DNA of 64,000 nucleotides, counting the filler, from Porpidia crustulata (taxonomy: Eukaryota), in assembly GCA_964255105.1 (NCBI GenBank). It is 18 parts of 18 records of this genome, joined end to end, with 100 filler letters (N's around TTAATTAATTAA, not from the genome) between each part and the next. Parts side by side here need not be neighbours in the genome. Positions count along the whole stretch, not along the records: positions 11,037 to 14,604 come from CAXUWE010002287.1; positions 14,705 to 18,270 come from CAXUWE010002288.1; positions 18,371 to 21,930 come from CAXUWE010002289.1; positions 22,031 to 25,589 come from CAXUWE010002290.1; positions 25,690 to 29,231 come from CAXUWE010002291.1; 13 more parts are not named here. The stretch is one strand, 5' to 3'. The notes below the pieces were generated by a model. The model saw only the letters and a list, made by a program, of their open reading frames with translations, did not search any database and was not told the origin of the DNA. Positions 12,347 to 25,752 of the stretch are shown here, piece after piece (within the stretch, counting starts at the first letter, position 1; the number at the start of each line of letters is the position of its first letter). The position numbers and the translations under genes were made by a program.

Positions 12347-13365
12347 GGATGAGCAGTTGATTCCGAATGCTTGGAGTTGGGTGCGGGATTTGTGGGCGGG
12401 TTGGTAGTAAGATGTTGACAAAGGTGGAGATTGCGAACTGTACATTAGTTTCGGTTAATTGAGTGGCTTGCGCTGGTTGCAAGCTTTACGAGGGAGGATT
12501 GAAATATGTGCTGAGTGGTAAGGTAGGAGACACTTCAGATCAAGTTTCGGCCAGTCATTCATCAGTGTAATGCTTCTCTCCTCGCTTCGTTCCTTTTGAG
12601 GTTTCCCTCCCTGCCATGCGCTCCTTGAAACTGCCGACTCCGCTTTGTAATATCTGTTTTACTTCCTTGCTTTTCTCCTCTTCATGCGCACCTTCGCGTC
12701 CCACGCTCTCATCATGTCGATTCGAGCATCTCATATTGTCGCAACCATCATCACGATTCCGATTTCACTTCCCTCACAGCCTGAATCTTTCCTCAGAACT
12801 ATCAAATGATTGGAAAGGGTGAGGTGGAAAAGGCATTCTGGCATAGGTAGGCAAGAGTGGTTGATGAAGTGAGGTTAGAGTCTTTGAGTAGCCGCTAAGA
12901 TCTGCCGGAATGTTTAGCGGCCCTACCACAGGGCTGAGTTTTGCCAGTAAACTTGGAAGTGAACAAGAACGAGACCAATTTAGCCAATTCAAGGACGATA
13001 CCTGCTACTGTACAATTGCCATTGCGTAGGCGAGAGACAGTCGATTCAAGCGTGCAAGTAGAATTCTTGATCCACACTAATTGACAGTTGTGAGTTTTGT
13101 TTCAACGTCGTTTTTGCAGCTTGTAGAAAATTCTCCATTGGCATAAAAGTTCCCTGAAATTTCCAATCACGACGGAACAAATCAATCAATCCAGAATTGA
13201 AGGCTTTCTAGAAAAGAGGTACTGCTGCTGACATTACTTTCAGCTAAAGACGATCAAACTGTCACGTCGCTGCTTGATCAGCATCGGCTGAAGCATGAGC
13301 ATTCTTCTGCTTGAATTCCTGTCCTCTTGAATCCGAGGAACCGAAGCGTATTGAGTCTCGTCGTT

Positions 13366-14485
13366 ATGAGTGCCTCCGCTCTAGCTCAATTTGGTACCAA
13401 GCATATTGCCAGAGGCATTGGTCGACTTGCAACCGAGGTCATCGAGAGCGGCTCTGGCAGCTATGTCACTATGGTCGGAGGCCGTAAGATGGTTCGTACT
13501 GCTCAGTCACCTTTTATCTATCTTACTGGATTCGTCTTTGAATTTGCGAACAATGGCTCTAGCGCCGAATCCTTTTTCCCACAACAACATATTATGTTCA
13601 AGAAACCTCCTGAGAATCTACGTTGAAGCTAATTTCGACATTTGAGCCAGCTTGATTTCACCTCTGGTATCGCAGTTGCAAATCTAGGCCATTGCCATCC
13701 AGCCGTGACAAAGGCGGCTCAGTTGCAAGCGGGAAAGCTAGTCCACGGGCAAGTCAACATAGCCTTCCAGAAGCCCTATATCGAGTTGGTGAAATCACTT
13801 TTACCTATGATGCCTCACAAGTCACTCGACACTTTCTTCTTCTGGAATTCCGGAGCTGAAGCCGTCGAGGCGGCCGTCAAGTTGGCTCGGCAGGCAACCA
13901 AGAAGCAGAACATCATTGTCATGCAGGGCTCCTATCACGGACGCACTTTCGGAACGATGGCAATGACGCGTTCCAAGACTGTATATGGTGAAGGCTTTGC
14001 TCCACTGATGCCTGGCGTTTTCTCCGTTCCGTTTCCGTACTGTGCGCAATGCTCGATTGCCAACAATTCTAACGGGAAGTACAACTTTGACAATTGCTGC
14101 ATGGATCCCGTGCGTCAGCTTGAGCTCTTACTGAAACAAGAAACCGCGCCATCCGACACTGCTGCCATCTTCATCGAGCCAGTTTTGGGTGAAGGCGGCT
14201 ACGTTCCGCCTCCGGCACAATATCTCGCTAAAGTTAGAGAAATTTGCGACAAGAATAATATTCTGTTGGTCGCAGACGAGGTACAATCCGGATTCGGTAG
14301 GACGGGAAAGATGTTTGCAATCGAGCACTGGGATGTTCGGCCAGATATTTTGATCATGGCCAAAGGCATCGCAAACGGCTTTCCGCTGTCTGGAATCGTC
14401 TCACGAAAGGAATTGATGGATATGCAGAAACCTGGATCGATGGGAGGTACCTATGCCGGTAACGCGGTATCTTGTGCAGCAGGAG
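13366..14485 (+). CDS. Class-III PLP aminotransferase (4-aminobutyrate/acetylornithine aminotransferase-like), 3'-truncated; exons 13366-13491 and 13651-14485
   Basis: LDFTSGIAVANLGHCHP, NSGAEAVEAAVK, SYHGRT, EPVLGEGG, DEVQSGFGRTG and the PLP lysine motif MAKGIANGFPLS. The next intron (GTATGT at 14486) runs into the contig end. Confidence 0.92.
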
Positions 14486-14704
14486 GTATGTATTTCTTCA
14501 TATCCAACCCCCTATCTAGAGTTTTCAAACATCTCTCAAAACCCTCGAGCACTCCCCCCTCATCATTTCCCCAAAACGGGATGAAATCAATCCCGTATCC
14601 CACCNNNNNNNNNNNNNNNNNNNNNNNNNNNNNNNNNNNNNNNNNNNNTTAATTAATTAANNNNNNNNNNNNNNNNNNNNNNNNNNNNNNNNNNNNNNNN
14701 NNNN

Positions 14705-15787
14705 GGGCGGGGGGTGAGAGATTCCGTGGCGGTCCATTTCCTGGTATGCGATTTCGAGCCAGAGGTCGATGTCTTGGTCGGGTTCAGCGGCAGGGTGGTG
14801 GTCGAGGTCGAGGATGCTGATTAAGATTGTGATGTCGAGGTGGCCGGTGAAGCGATGGGTGGCGGTTGGGGAGTCGCTGCTTACGTCGATGAGATCGCCT
14901 TGGACGGTGATGTGATGGGTTGGGCCGTCGGGGGTGTGCGTGGTTTGGATCTCCCAGGGGTTGGCGATGTCGGTGTCGTTGAGGAAGAAGGCTTCGTCTG
15001 CGGATGCGCTGTCGGGCGGCAATAGGTCGGGGGTTGTGACGCCGATGGGGTGGCCGGGGATTTGGAGGTCGAGGATGTACAAGGAGGTGAGGAGTTGCGG
15101 GACGTGGTCTGCGATTGTGGTCGGGATTAGCTGGGAGGGAGCGGTCTCTGCGGGACTGTAGATTGCTGTTTGGACAGAGTCGATGCTTATTCCAGAGTCC
15201 GGGCGGGTTTCAGTTTTTGGTTCTCCCGTTCCTAAGTCAACAGCAATCAATGTACTTTCATTGTCACTGTCATCATGCACCAACAGCTGAGGAAAGCTAG
15301 AAACTCTCCATAGAGCAGGAACTGCGTTGGTATTAGCGCTCGCGATAGACTGGAGTTCGGAGCCTATTAGCTTTTCTCGTCCCCGGACTCTGCGAAGAGT
15401 ACGATTCCTCGTTGGTATCTCGCGGATCGTGCAGGGTATCCGATCAGGGTTCGTTGTCGATGTCGCCTCATCAGGGGCCATGATACTGTAGCGTACTCGG
15501 ACTTTGTCTGACAAGTCTCGGACTTGCAGCTTGCTACGGTTCTCTCGCTCTACGGAATTTTGGATCGCTTCCAACCATTTTTCTCCATATAAACTTGAAG
15601 CGAAGTCCGGCATTAGCGACAGACGACTTATACTGCCCAACAGAGGTGGAGTGGCGAATTTCCTTTTGATTATATCTGGTAGAGGGTATCCCCCAACTGG
15701 TAAAGGATTATATTGCTGCTTGGATATGCTGAGAATTCTTTTGACAGAGTCTCTGACACTGTTACGTCTGCCAGGCCTGGATGTCAT
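14705..15787 (-). CDS. Hypothetical protein with a possible degenerate PAS/LOV-like domain, 3'-truncated
   Basis: Open frame of 361 codons to the contig end; the segment SLYILDLQIPGHPIGVT...THRFTGHLDIT resembles LOV/PAC beta-strands. Confidence 0.6.
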
Positions 15788-16713
15788 GACGGCTTAATGT
15801 TGGGGGATATTATCTGTGGTAAATCGACAACTCGATATGGATTTAATGGGGGCAAAGTATGGAGGACACACAATACGACGACCGTATATCATCGAAAGGG
15901 CGTATATGAGACTATTCGACGAACAAAGCTTTGGGCAAGACAATGACAATGACATTGTTGAAGTTGAGAAAGAAAATAATCCTAGCTGAAAGGATGATGG
16001 CTGAGACCTAAACAAAATCATGTATCTAGAACAAACATGTAGTTGATGGAAATCTGTAGGGATGGTTCCAACGAGACTGAACGAGAGTGAAGTGCAAGTA
16101 ATTCCGGTAACGAGGAAAGTTATAGATGTTCGCATCAGAATTGTCTCTTATATTGATTATGCAGCCGTTTGAACCGTAAATTCCAAGACGCAGCTTCATA
16201 CTGTAAAACATGTTCATGTTGTAGTCTGTCCAAGAGCCCTCAGAGCACTGTTCATGCCACAAAGCCATTTTCGCCTGAAGCCGATCAAAGTAAATGAACG
16301 GGTTCCATATTCGTTCGAAGTCTTGAATTGAGCCTTTTGAACAGCATGATATCTCTCACCTCATAAACATGTCAATTCATCGCTGGATGGAGAGAATCAT
16401 GGATGAATTAGTAAATGTAGTATGGAGGACGCTGAGAACTGCTAGTGGAGGTTTTCGTGCCTTTACATCAGCACGTAATAGTACAGTCTGTATCGGAATA
16501 CTAAAAGTAGAAATGTAAATCACTGTTGAATTCCAATGCAGAAGTAGACTATGAAGCTGGGCTTGAAGTTGAAGTTGAAATTCGCGGTTACAGGACGGGA
16601 TGGCGGCAAGTTCCGCGGCTTGGCGATATCAAATTTCCACGCACACAATAAATCAAGCAAGACAGATCATCTCAGATTATCTTATCAGTCACTGTATCCG
16701 TGTCGTGTACAAG

Positions 16714-18270
16714 ATGGGAGGCCAATCGAAGAAAACTACGAAGAAGTTTGAGAAGAACCATTTGAAAGATACGATCGAAAAGCGAAAGGAATTTGCCAAA
16801 ATAAAACAGCGCCAGCAAATCAAGGCGAAAAGGAAGGCTCGGAACGCAAGTGACTATGCCAAGGTGTCGGATGATGAGGGTACAACGCCGAAGGCTAAGG
16901 CACAGGCATCTGGAAAGCCCAATGGTTTCAACAAGATGAGCGTGGACGAATTCTTTCAAGGTGGCTTTCAATTGCCTGAGCAAAAGAAAAAGTCGAAAGC
17001 GACCGGCAAGACAAAGGAGGCACCACAGAAGATTGGGAATAGGAAGCGGGAAGGTGAAGAGGCTAAGAGCGATAGTGATGCAGCCATGAGTTCATCAGAA
17101 GAGGCCGTTCAAGCGTTCAGCGACGATGAGCAGGGTTCGGGTCAGGAGGAGGACATAGGTATGCACAAGGAAGACTTGGATGCTCTCGAGAAGAAAGATC
17201 CGGAATTCTACAAGTACTTAAAAGAAAACGACGCCGAATTGCTGGATTTTGCCGAAGATGACCTGGCGGAGGTTGATCAACTGAGTGACGAAGAGGCACC
17301 AAAGAAGAAGCGCAAGAGGAGCAAGGAAATCGAGGAGCCAAAAGAGCAAGAAGACGATATTGAGTCGGCTGTAACTATGGCAATGGTGAATAAATGGAGG
17401 GTCGCTCTATCAGAGCAGCATTCGTTACGAGCCACGCGTCAGGTCGTATTGGCATTTCGGGCCGCTGCGTATGTGAATGATGAAGATGGTAAGGAGCACA
17501 AGTACACAATTTCGAGCTCCGAGGTCTACCATCAGTTACTAGTGGCGGCGCTCGAACATGTTCCAGCAGTCCTCAGCCATCACTTACCTGCCAAAGAATC
17601 AACTACCGGCAAAGTACGCGTGTCGACTGATTCTAAGAAGTTCCGAACACTGTCACCGTTGCTGAAATCGCATGCCACATCCATACAGCATTTGATGGAG
17701 AACCTTTCCGATGCTCCAACTATCAAACTTACGCTTTCATCATTGGTCCCGCTGCTTCCATATCTCCTTTCATTCAAGAAGGTTCTCAAGTCCCTGATTA
17801 AGACCACTGTCAACATCTGGTCCGACCCAGCAAGCACCGAAGCAACACGCATCACAGCCTTTCTACTCTTACGCCGCCTTGCTGTCATCAGTGACGCTTC
17901 CCTGCGTGAAGCCGTCCTCAAGACCGTCTATCAAGGTCTCGTTAAGGGTAGCCGCACCACTAATATTCACACTCTCCCCGGTATCAACCTTATGAAAAAC
18001 TCCGCCTCCGAACTCTGGGGCCTCGACCCCAGTATCGGCTACACGACCGGCTTCGCATATATACGGCAACTCGCCGTGCACCTCCGGACCAGCATCACTC
18101 ATCCCACCAAAAACTCATACAAAACAATCTACAACTGGCAATACACCCACTCTCTCGACTTCTGGTCTCGCGTCCTCTCCTCCCACTGCACCTCCCCTTC
18201 CTCCCCTCTTCACCCATTAATCTACCCTCTTGTCCAAATCACCCTCGGTGCCCTCCGCCTTATCCCAAGC
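16714..18270 (+). CDS. NOC2: Nucleolar complex protein 2, 3'-truncated
   Basis: KKTTKKFEKNHLKDTI, LEKKDPEFYKYLKENDAELLDF, INLMKNSASEL, FAYIRQLAVHLR and IYNWQYTHSLDFWSRVL. Confidence 0.96.
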
Positions 18271-19148
18271 NNNNNNNNNNNNNNNNNNNNNNNNNNNNNN
18301 NNNNNNNNNNNNNNTTAATTAATTAANNNNNNNNNNNNNNNNNNNNNNNNNNNNNNNNNNNNNNNNNNNNGGCTCCTATCTACTCTCTATTCTCACCTCC
18401 GTTCTTCATCGTCAGCTTGGAATATTGTATTTTTTTCGTCGTCCTCGGATTTCATACATCTTGAGAGCATCTGGAAGACGTGTGCATTCACATTCCACTT
18501 CTCGACACCCGACCAAGTATAGCTTGTACGCACAAACGATTCTTTTCTTCGACGTGATCGCGAGGTAAACAAGAGTTGAATTCTATTGTGATGAAGTTCT
18601 TGGTGGCGGCACGGCTCGGTAGTGGCCCAGGGACGGCTCTTGAGTTTCTGGTGATGCACGCCAACCGTCATCAGTCTTGCCGCGCCTATCAGAACATGAT
18701 CAAGTATCAATGCACATGCCATTCGGAGATTTATCTCTTTGCAGTTGCATCCACACGTGCATTTGTCCTGCAATATGCTGTTCTATCCCGCGATGAGAAT
18801 CCATCAGATCTATGTACCCCAGGTTTTCTGTCTAGCCGAAGCAGCACAGTCCACCACCGATGTCATGAGGAAACAAGCAAAACACCGTGGATGCCACACA
18901 AGATCCACAATTTGCTTCTTGCTCTACCCCCATGCCTCGCATTCGTGAGCGATTGCGACTCCGACCGCCATAGTGCTCTTGGCACTGCATCGGCATGTTA
19001 AGACGCAAGCTACTCGCACGGATCATGGCCTGGTCTTATGCGACTGCGAAGAATCCTGTGGCTCGCGTATGAAACCTGACGAACCAATTTCGTTCCTTCT
19101 TGGGTATACGACGGCAAATTCTCCTAGGGTTCCAGTCATCCAATTCCG

Positions 19149-20688
19149 ATGAAAGAAGTTATATTCCCTCTACCAGAGGGAGGCGACGTTGATCAAGGAT
19201 GGGCGGTCTTGTCGGTTTGTATGGTCTTTGTGTTGCTGGCTTTTCTATCAACAGTACTTCGTGTTGTGGTCAGAATCAAGATCACACGTAATATAGGATG
19301 GGAGTAAGTCGAGCCATGAAATATTGTAGGAGTAGAATGCTAATGATCAAACAGTGACTATAATATGATTGCCGCCATGGTATGACAGGTCCATCGCGCG
19401 TCGTTATATATATGGATTGAGCTTTAAAGGAGGATACCATACTGACACCCCACCAAATAGGTCTTGACTATCGTCGGCGCCATCCTCATCTTGCTAGAGG
19501 TGCTCAATGGTCTCGGCAGGCATGAGTTCTACCTCACCGCGACCCAACGGCGGCATTTCCAGAAATTCTCATGGGTCGACTGGATGCAAACCTTCTTGAC
19601 GCTGATGTTTACCAAAATCTCAATCTGCTTGTTCCTATTGCGCATCATGATTGACAAGTGGTTGAGAAGACCCATGTATATCCTCATAGGTATCCTGGTC
19701 GTGTTTCACATGATATGTGTTTTCGTGTTTTTGGGAGTTTGTCGGCCACTGCAGTCATATTGGACGGTTGGTGTCGATGGGAAGTGTCTGGGCAAAGGTG
19801 AGGTTGAGAGGCTCATCATTGCTCAGGGTGGTAAGCCACGAACCCTCTGATGTTGGACTTTTTATTGTTGCTGATCGCGTTCTAGTATTCTCCGCCATCA
19901 CCGATCTTCTCTTGGCCAGCTTCCCTATCCTAATTTTGAGGAGACTTCAGATCTCCTTTCGGACAAAAATTGCCCTCTGTGTTCTCATGGGTCTTGGAGT
20001 GATGTATGCCGTCATCTCCTTGTGCTATTCTGCGTGTACGTTTGGGCTGACTCGACTGAAAATAATAGCACAGCAGGATGTTGCATAGTTCGGACTGCAC
20101 TCTCATCAGCGTTGACAAAAGATGATTTGACTTGTAAGTCACTAATGGCCATAATCATGGCGGAAGGGTCCCAGACTGACCCTTATGCGAATATAGGGAC
20201 CACGGTCGCGAACGTAGCATGGAGACTGTGAGCCATATGCCCCTTTCCAAAAACAGTCTGCGGCCAACATATTAACCGTCATACATAGACCGGAAGTCAA
20301 CATCGGCATCCTCTGCGCTAACGCCCCCCTCGTCCGTCCCATCTACCTCCACTATACCGGTCGCCTCCGCATCTCCAACACCAAAGCCTCCGCCGCCACA
20401 AGTGGTCAGCGCATCTGGCCTTTCAAAGGTGCCGGCAGCGACGGAAGTTCGAACCTCGCCGGTAATTCGAGGGCCAAGCCTCTGCCATCAATGCCACTCG
20501 ATACGAATAATACAACGTCGACAAACGGCACGACTCTACCGATGCAAAGATTTAGCGATTTGACGGAGGCGAAGAAGGGGTGGCCGGGGGAGCCGGAGAG
20601 GATATATCCGGGGTTTGGTAGTGAGGGGACGTTGCATGGATCGGGTTTTGGGAGGGCGGATGAGGAGCGGGTAGAGGAGCAGGTTTGA
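19149..20688 (+). CDS. PTH11-like (fungal rhodopsin-domain/SAT4 family) integral membrane receptor; 7 exons
   Basis: The spliced product shows VLRVVVR...GWDDY, GLGRH, FTKISICLFLLRI, CRPLQSYW, TDLLLASFPI, KIALCVLMGLG and EVNIGILCANAP. No CFEM domain seen. Confidence 0.88.
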
Positions 20689-21219
20689 TGGGATGGCATT
20701 GGTGGCTGGGCTTTGGATAGTTGGGAATGTCAGCGATGCTTGGATAATGATACGATGAGATATGGAATCGGAATTCACTTGTTGCATTATATCTACCGCA
20801 TAGTTTTAGCTGGAAATTGCTATTATACCCATGGACTATGCAAAATGATAGGCCGTCAACTGGAAATCTTTATCTCGTTTCTCAAGAATTCCTGCCAAGA
20901 CTCTCCCTCTCCTTAGCCAAGTGTACTGAGTTCGAACTCTTCCACCTTCTCCTTGACAAGCTAGACTTCTTTAAAAGGAGCGTGGAGTGGTGATCTTCTG
21001 TCCCGAAACACGTGCGGCCGGTGTATGGATGAGGTTTGCCGAACCTCCCAAATCATCTCAACATGACGAACAGGTCACTTTCTCAACATCACGCTTGTAA
21101 CCCCCCATCAACTAGTATTATGGCCGTGAAATGCATATCTATGGCTCAGGATGCGACGACCTCTCCGGAAGCGTCGTCCATCTTTGTTCCAGAGACGTCC
21201 TCACAGGTCCTCCGAAACG

Positions 21220-21930
21220 ATGTTGTGTCCCTACGCCCTGGCGCCGTTTGTGTTCGCTGCTACGATCGTTGCGATTCCTGTTCCTGATGTCTCCAATGCG
21301 CTGCAAAGCATCTTGGATAGGGCTCACCAGGGAATCAACGACTATCCGACCAGCTTGACACAAGGGATTATACCTGTAAGACGCATGTCATACCATCACT
21401 ATACCTCAAAGCTAATAATTGAAACCACAGAAAGGGATCCATAGCCACAACGACTACTGGCGAGATGTGCCATTTTACAGCGCCCTTTCCATTGGTGCTG
21501 TATCGGTCGAATCTGACGTCTGGCTCTACAATGGCACACTCCATGTTGGACACGAACGAGGTGCCTTGACCACCGGCCGCACCTTTGAGTCCCTTTACAT
21601 CAACCCGATCCTCGATACGCTACGTCGACAAAACCCTACAAACTCTCAATTCTTGAGCTCTCCGACACACAACGGCGTGTTCGACACCGACGGGTCGCAG
21701 ACGCTGTACCTGTTCGTGGACGTCAAGACCGACGGTCCAACCACATGGCCATACGTCGTGCGAGCCTTGGAACCACTGTATATCCAAACCTCTTGCCCAA
21801 AAGTAATCCAACTGACTCAAAAACCTCCAGTCGAGCAGGCGGCTGGCTCTCCACCGTTAACAGCAGCAACCAAATTACCTCGGCCGCCGTCACCGTCATC
21901 GGCACCGGCAACACCCCCCTCGCCCAAATC
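21220..21930 (+). CDS. AIM6: AIM6-like PLC-like phosphodiesterase-fold protein, 3'-truncated
   Basis: Signal-like N-terminus; IHSHNDYWRDVPFYSAL...SVESDVWL...LHVGH, SLYINPI and GVFD...TLYLFVDVKT; introns at about 21376-21430 and 21778-21832. Confidence 0.85.
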
Positions 21931-22626
21931 NNNNNNNNNNNNNNNNNNNNNNNNNNNNNNNNNNNNNNNNNNNNTTAATTAATTAANNNNNNNNNNNNNN
22001 NNNNNNNNNNNNNNNNNNNNNNNNNNNNNNGGCGAGTGCGGTGGGTGGGAGATTGTAGCTGTGGTGGGGTATTTAGTTTGGTGGGATTGAATGGGTTGGG
22101 GGAGCGCGTACGAGGGACCATTTTTGGACTTGTCTCTTTTGTGTTTGTGAGGCATTAGTGCGAGTCTATAAAAGATGATAGCTCGTCTTTGGGTTAATTA
22201 GTCAAGGCAGATTGCTGATCGACTTTGATAATTTGAGGGAAAATGTCGTCAAAACATATCAATAGATCGTGGAACATTTCCGCGACTAGCGTTGTCGAGG
22301 ATATAAACTGCATTGCTATAACCAGTACGTCTTGTCAGAGAAAATAGCAATCAAAATTACTAGCAGTCTGGAGGCAGCATTCGCCTGATATGAAGACGTT
22401 AACGCGTCTAGATTCTTGAGCTCCCTTCTCCCTTTCCAGACCCAACTCCTCACATGTTCATTATAACAATTTGGACAGTTGGCAAAGCGGATGCTCGATG
22501 AGTAAATTACCCAAAAATTCTAAGTTGATACATAAATTCTACATGTCCAAAAACACGTTCTACCAACCACCGAAGGTCCCAACCCTACATTTCCAATATA
22601 TCTCTTCTAAGCCCGACCCGAAAATT

Positions 22627-24383
22627 CTATAAACTAAGAAACTTCGCCCCTTTCTCCCCACTCGCCCTAATCTTCTTGTTCTCCAACCACACCAGTCCAG
22701 CATAAGCCAATGCTGCTGCTAATCCGATGACGGTCATCGCCATGCAGATTGAATAGCCCTTGTGATAGAGTGGCGCGTCTGCTGCGAGGAAGCTGAATGT
22801 CGCCACGATTCCGCCAATGTTCCCAAACCCAATCATCCACGCCGTGCCCACACTCCTCTCCACGTGTCCGCGCAGATTCATCACATACCAGCACACAATC
22901 ACGGGTCCAGTGGCAAACGCGCCCATGGCGACGAGGTGGATGGCGAAGTATTCGACTTTGTAGGTGTGGTGGATAGTCATGAGGATAGCGAGGCCGATGA
23001 TGATGATAAGTTGGCCGAGGAGAATAAATGGGAGGCGGTAGTTGGTGGCATCCGAGGAGAAGGCAAAGAGGAAGCAGAGCCCGAGGGCGGCGACGACAGG
23101 AGGGACTGTGTGGAGTTGGGTCTGAACGACGGTGTAGCCGAGGGTTTTGATGATGGTGGGGGCAAAGTAGGCGAAGGAATAAATGGGGATGACAATCGCT
23201 GTGGAATTTTCAGTATGGTCTTGGCATTTTTCAATTGAGGGTGGAAAGTCCTACCAAAGTATATAATACCAGCGAGGAGATTTTTGACATCGGTGAAGAA
23301 CAGCAAGACGGCTTTGAATGTAATTTTATCGCCGTCCGCTTTGCTCGCTGAAGCCCGGGCCATCACAAATGCTCTTTCCTCCTCGGTCAACCATTTTGCA
23401 GTTTCGGGAAAATCCGAGACGAGAAAAAACGAAGCTATCCCGACCAGGATTGTAGCAATGCCCTCGAGGATAAACACCCATCGCCAAGCACCGAGGCCGC
23501 GAACCATTTTCATGTTGGCAATGGCACTGGCGAGAAGGCCACCAAAAGCACTAGCCATGAGTACGGAGCACCAGTAGATGGTGAAACGCTTTTGGGATTC
23601 TTCCCGTTTGTACCAGAAGGAAATGAGGTAAAAACCTGTAATAGGATGTTAGTGGATGGAGGACAAGGTGTGTAGGAGCTTCCATACTTCCGGGGAAGAT
23701 GCCGGCTTCAGCGAGACCGAGGAAGAACCTGGTAGCGAGGAGGCCGCTGTAATTCTTGACTGTTACCTGTAAGCGAGTGTACACTTTTGGTGAGTAGGGA
23801 TCATACCGAAGCCTTGGGCTAGCATGACTATCCCAAAGGCGAGTATACATCCTGACACTGACGACATTAGGGAGCTGAAGCAGTGTACAAAGGCGTCATC
23901 AGAACATACACCATACGTGAGGCTTCAACTTCTTCAGAAAGAAATTTGAAGGAATCTCGAAGATGACATATGGGACGAAAAAGATGGTCAAGGCAACGTT
24001 GGTCTGATTACCCTTGGGGTTGAGGTGCAGGTCTTTCGGAAGACCCATGATGAGGGCATTGGAAATATTTACCCTTGAGGCCGATTAGTTTCAGAATATC
24101 CCATCAATCTTCTCTAGTCGAGGCTCACCGGTCTAAAAAGGCAGCGAGGTAGATGATAAACAAAACGGGTAGCAGGCGTAAGTCGATTTTGCGAACCAGA
24201 GCCTTTTCGTTGATGTTCGAGGGTACTTGAATTGGGACATCTTTGCTGGCGGTTGATTCGCGCGAGTCTGATAAATCATGGTCGGCTGCGTGTGTGTAAT
24301 CACCAGGAGCATCTTGGGGTCATAGTCAGCAACCAGAGCACTACCGAAGGAATACCATGGATCATCTCACCTGTCTTTTCCAT
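22627..24383 (-). CDS. MFS transporter, anion:cation symporter (Dal5/Tna1-like) family; multi-exon
   Basis: KALVRKIDLRLLP, LDRVNISNA, EIPSN, RFFLGLAEAGIFPG, WRWVFILEG, DFPETAKWLTEEE and GFGNIGGIVA. The first exon is short (MEKT) and precedes a GTGAGA intron. Confidence 0.92.
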
Positions 24384-25689
24384 TTCCAGCATATACAAAA
24401 TGTCTCCCGCTTTATCTTGTGACACCAGTGGTAGTGAGCCGTACCACAGCAGAACAATATGAGCAAAAGAGAGCGAGGAGGGAACAGGTGGGTCAGAAGG
24501 GATGAAGGAATGCAAAGAAAAAAAGGAAAGAAATTATTGGGACGAAAAGTCAAGCGGAGAAGTGCCGAGAGCGTGCATGCTGCGCCGCTTCGAGATGGAT
24601 ATGTAATAAACAATTATGGGAAGAATGATTGAATTGTTATTCCAGAGATCGGAGCTGGCGGAGTCTATTGGTTCACGATCAATATCTCTTCTACATCCTT
24701 CCCTCCACGTGCAGAGCCCGGCACACGATGAGTAGTGGCCACGCCCTTTTCCCCCATCGCGTTACTGTATGGAGGTGTGCAATCATGATTTTTGTCATTG
24801 TCGCCATACCTATCTAGGCAGTCCGTGACTTCGCATCAAGTTTGGCGCATCCTTGATGGCTGTTTCATAATTGGTGTGGATGGCGGGGTGGAGATACGTA
24901 GTAAGGCGCGAAGTTGACGACGACGCTAGTGTGCTTAGGGCGTCTCAGCCGTGGCTTCCGTGTTCACTTCTGCTAATTTAGTTACTCCTGCCGGCTGACG
25001 GGAGAGCCATTTATCCTTGACCAAATCGACTTTAATGCAAATCGTTAATTGGCTCATTGATTATTATGATTAAGCGGCTCATACGATCATTCAATTGGAT
25101 AACTGGGCAATTGGGTATTTCGACAGATGTGGCGTGCTACCATGTACTACCAAAGTGACAGGTGTCGTCGGGACGATTGCTTAGGGTTACTCCATCCTTC
25201 TTTCAACGTCCAAACCGTTCCAGTCGAGCGATCGTCGTCAACAAGTAATTGTTTGCAATAGACGGCGACTAGCGGATCATCGATCGTTCATTGACGCGAA
25301 ATTGGACGGATGGATTGAGTAGGTACACAGCTGATGAGGCTGGACGCCCTTGGGGGTGGGGGAGGGGGGCGGCTTCCAGCAATGCAATGGAAGGATCTTC
25401 CAACAAGCAGGGATATGATGAACGACACATCATGATTGGATAGACACAGCAGCGGAACACAAGCCGCGTGTGCATTACAATCCCGCCACTTGCGTGATTG
25501 AACATGCAGCAAGACGTCGGAGGTTGGAATAATTAAGGGTCCCACTAACCGTACACCCTCTTTGCCTACTCGTACACCCCCCCAAATGGNNNNNNNNNNN
25601 NNNNNNNNNNNNNNNNNNNNNNNNNNNNNNNNNTTAATTAATTAANNNNNNNNNNNNNNNNNNNNNNNNNNNNNNNNNNNNNNNNNNNN

Positions 25690-25752
25690 TAAAAAAATCT
25701 CCATAACCCTAACCCTAGGGCTTAGCGCGGACCGTTTGGGGGTGGGAACGAG
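25690..25752. mobile_element. Terminal fragment of the same putative MITE family as 3727-3830
   Basis: The reverse complement reads TA|CTCGTTCCCACCCCCAAACGGTCC...TAGGGTTAGGGTT, collinear with TA|CTCGTTTCCGCCCCTCATCGGACC...CAGGGTTAGGGT at 3725. Confidence 0.55.

Noticed and set aside
25700..25722. Chromosome telomere
   Set aside because: Only two CCCTAA units, not at the extreme end, and part of a TIR-like motif.
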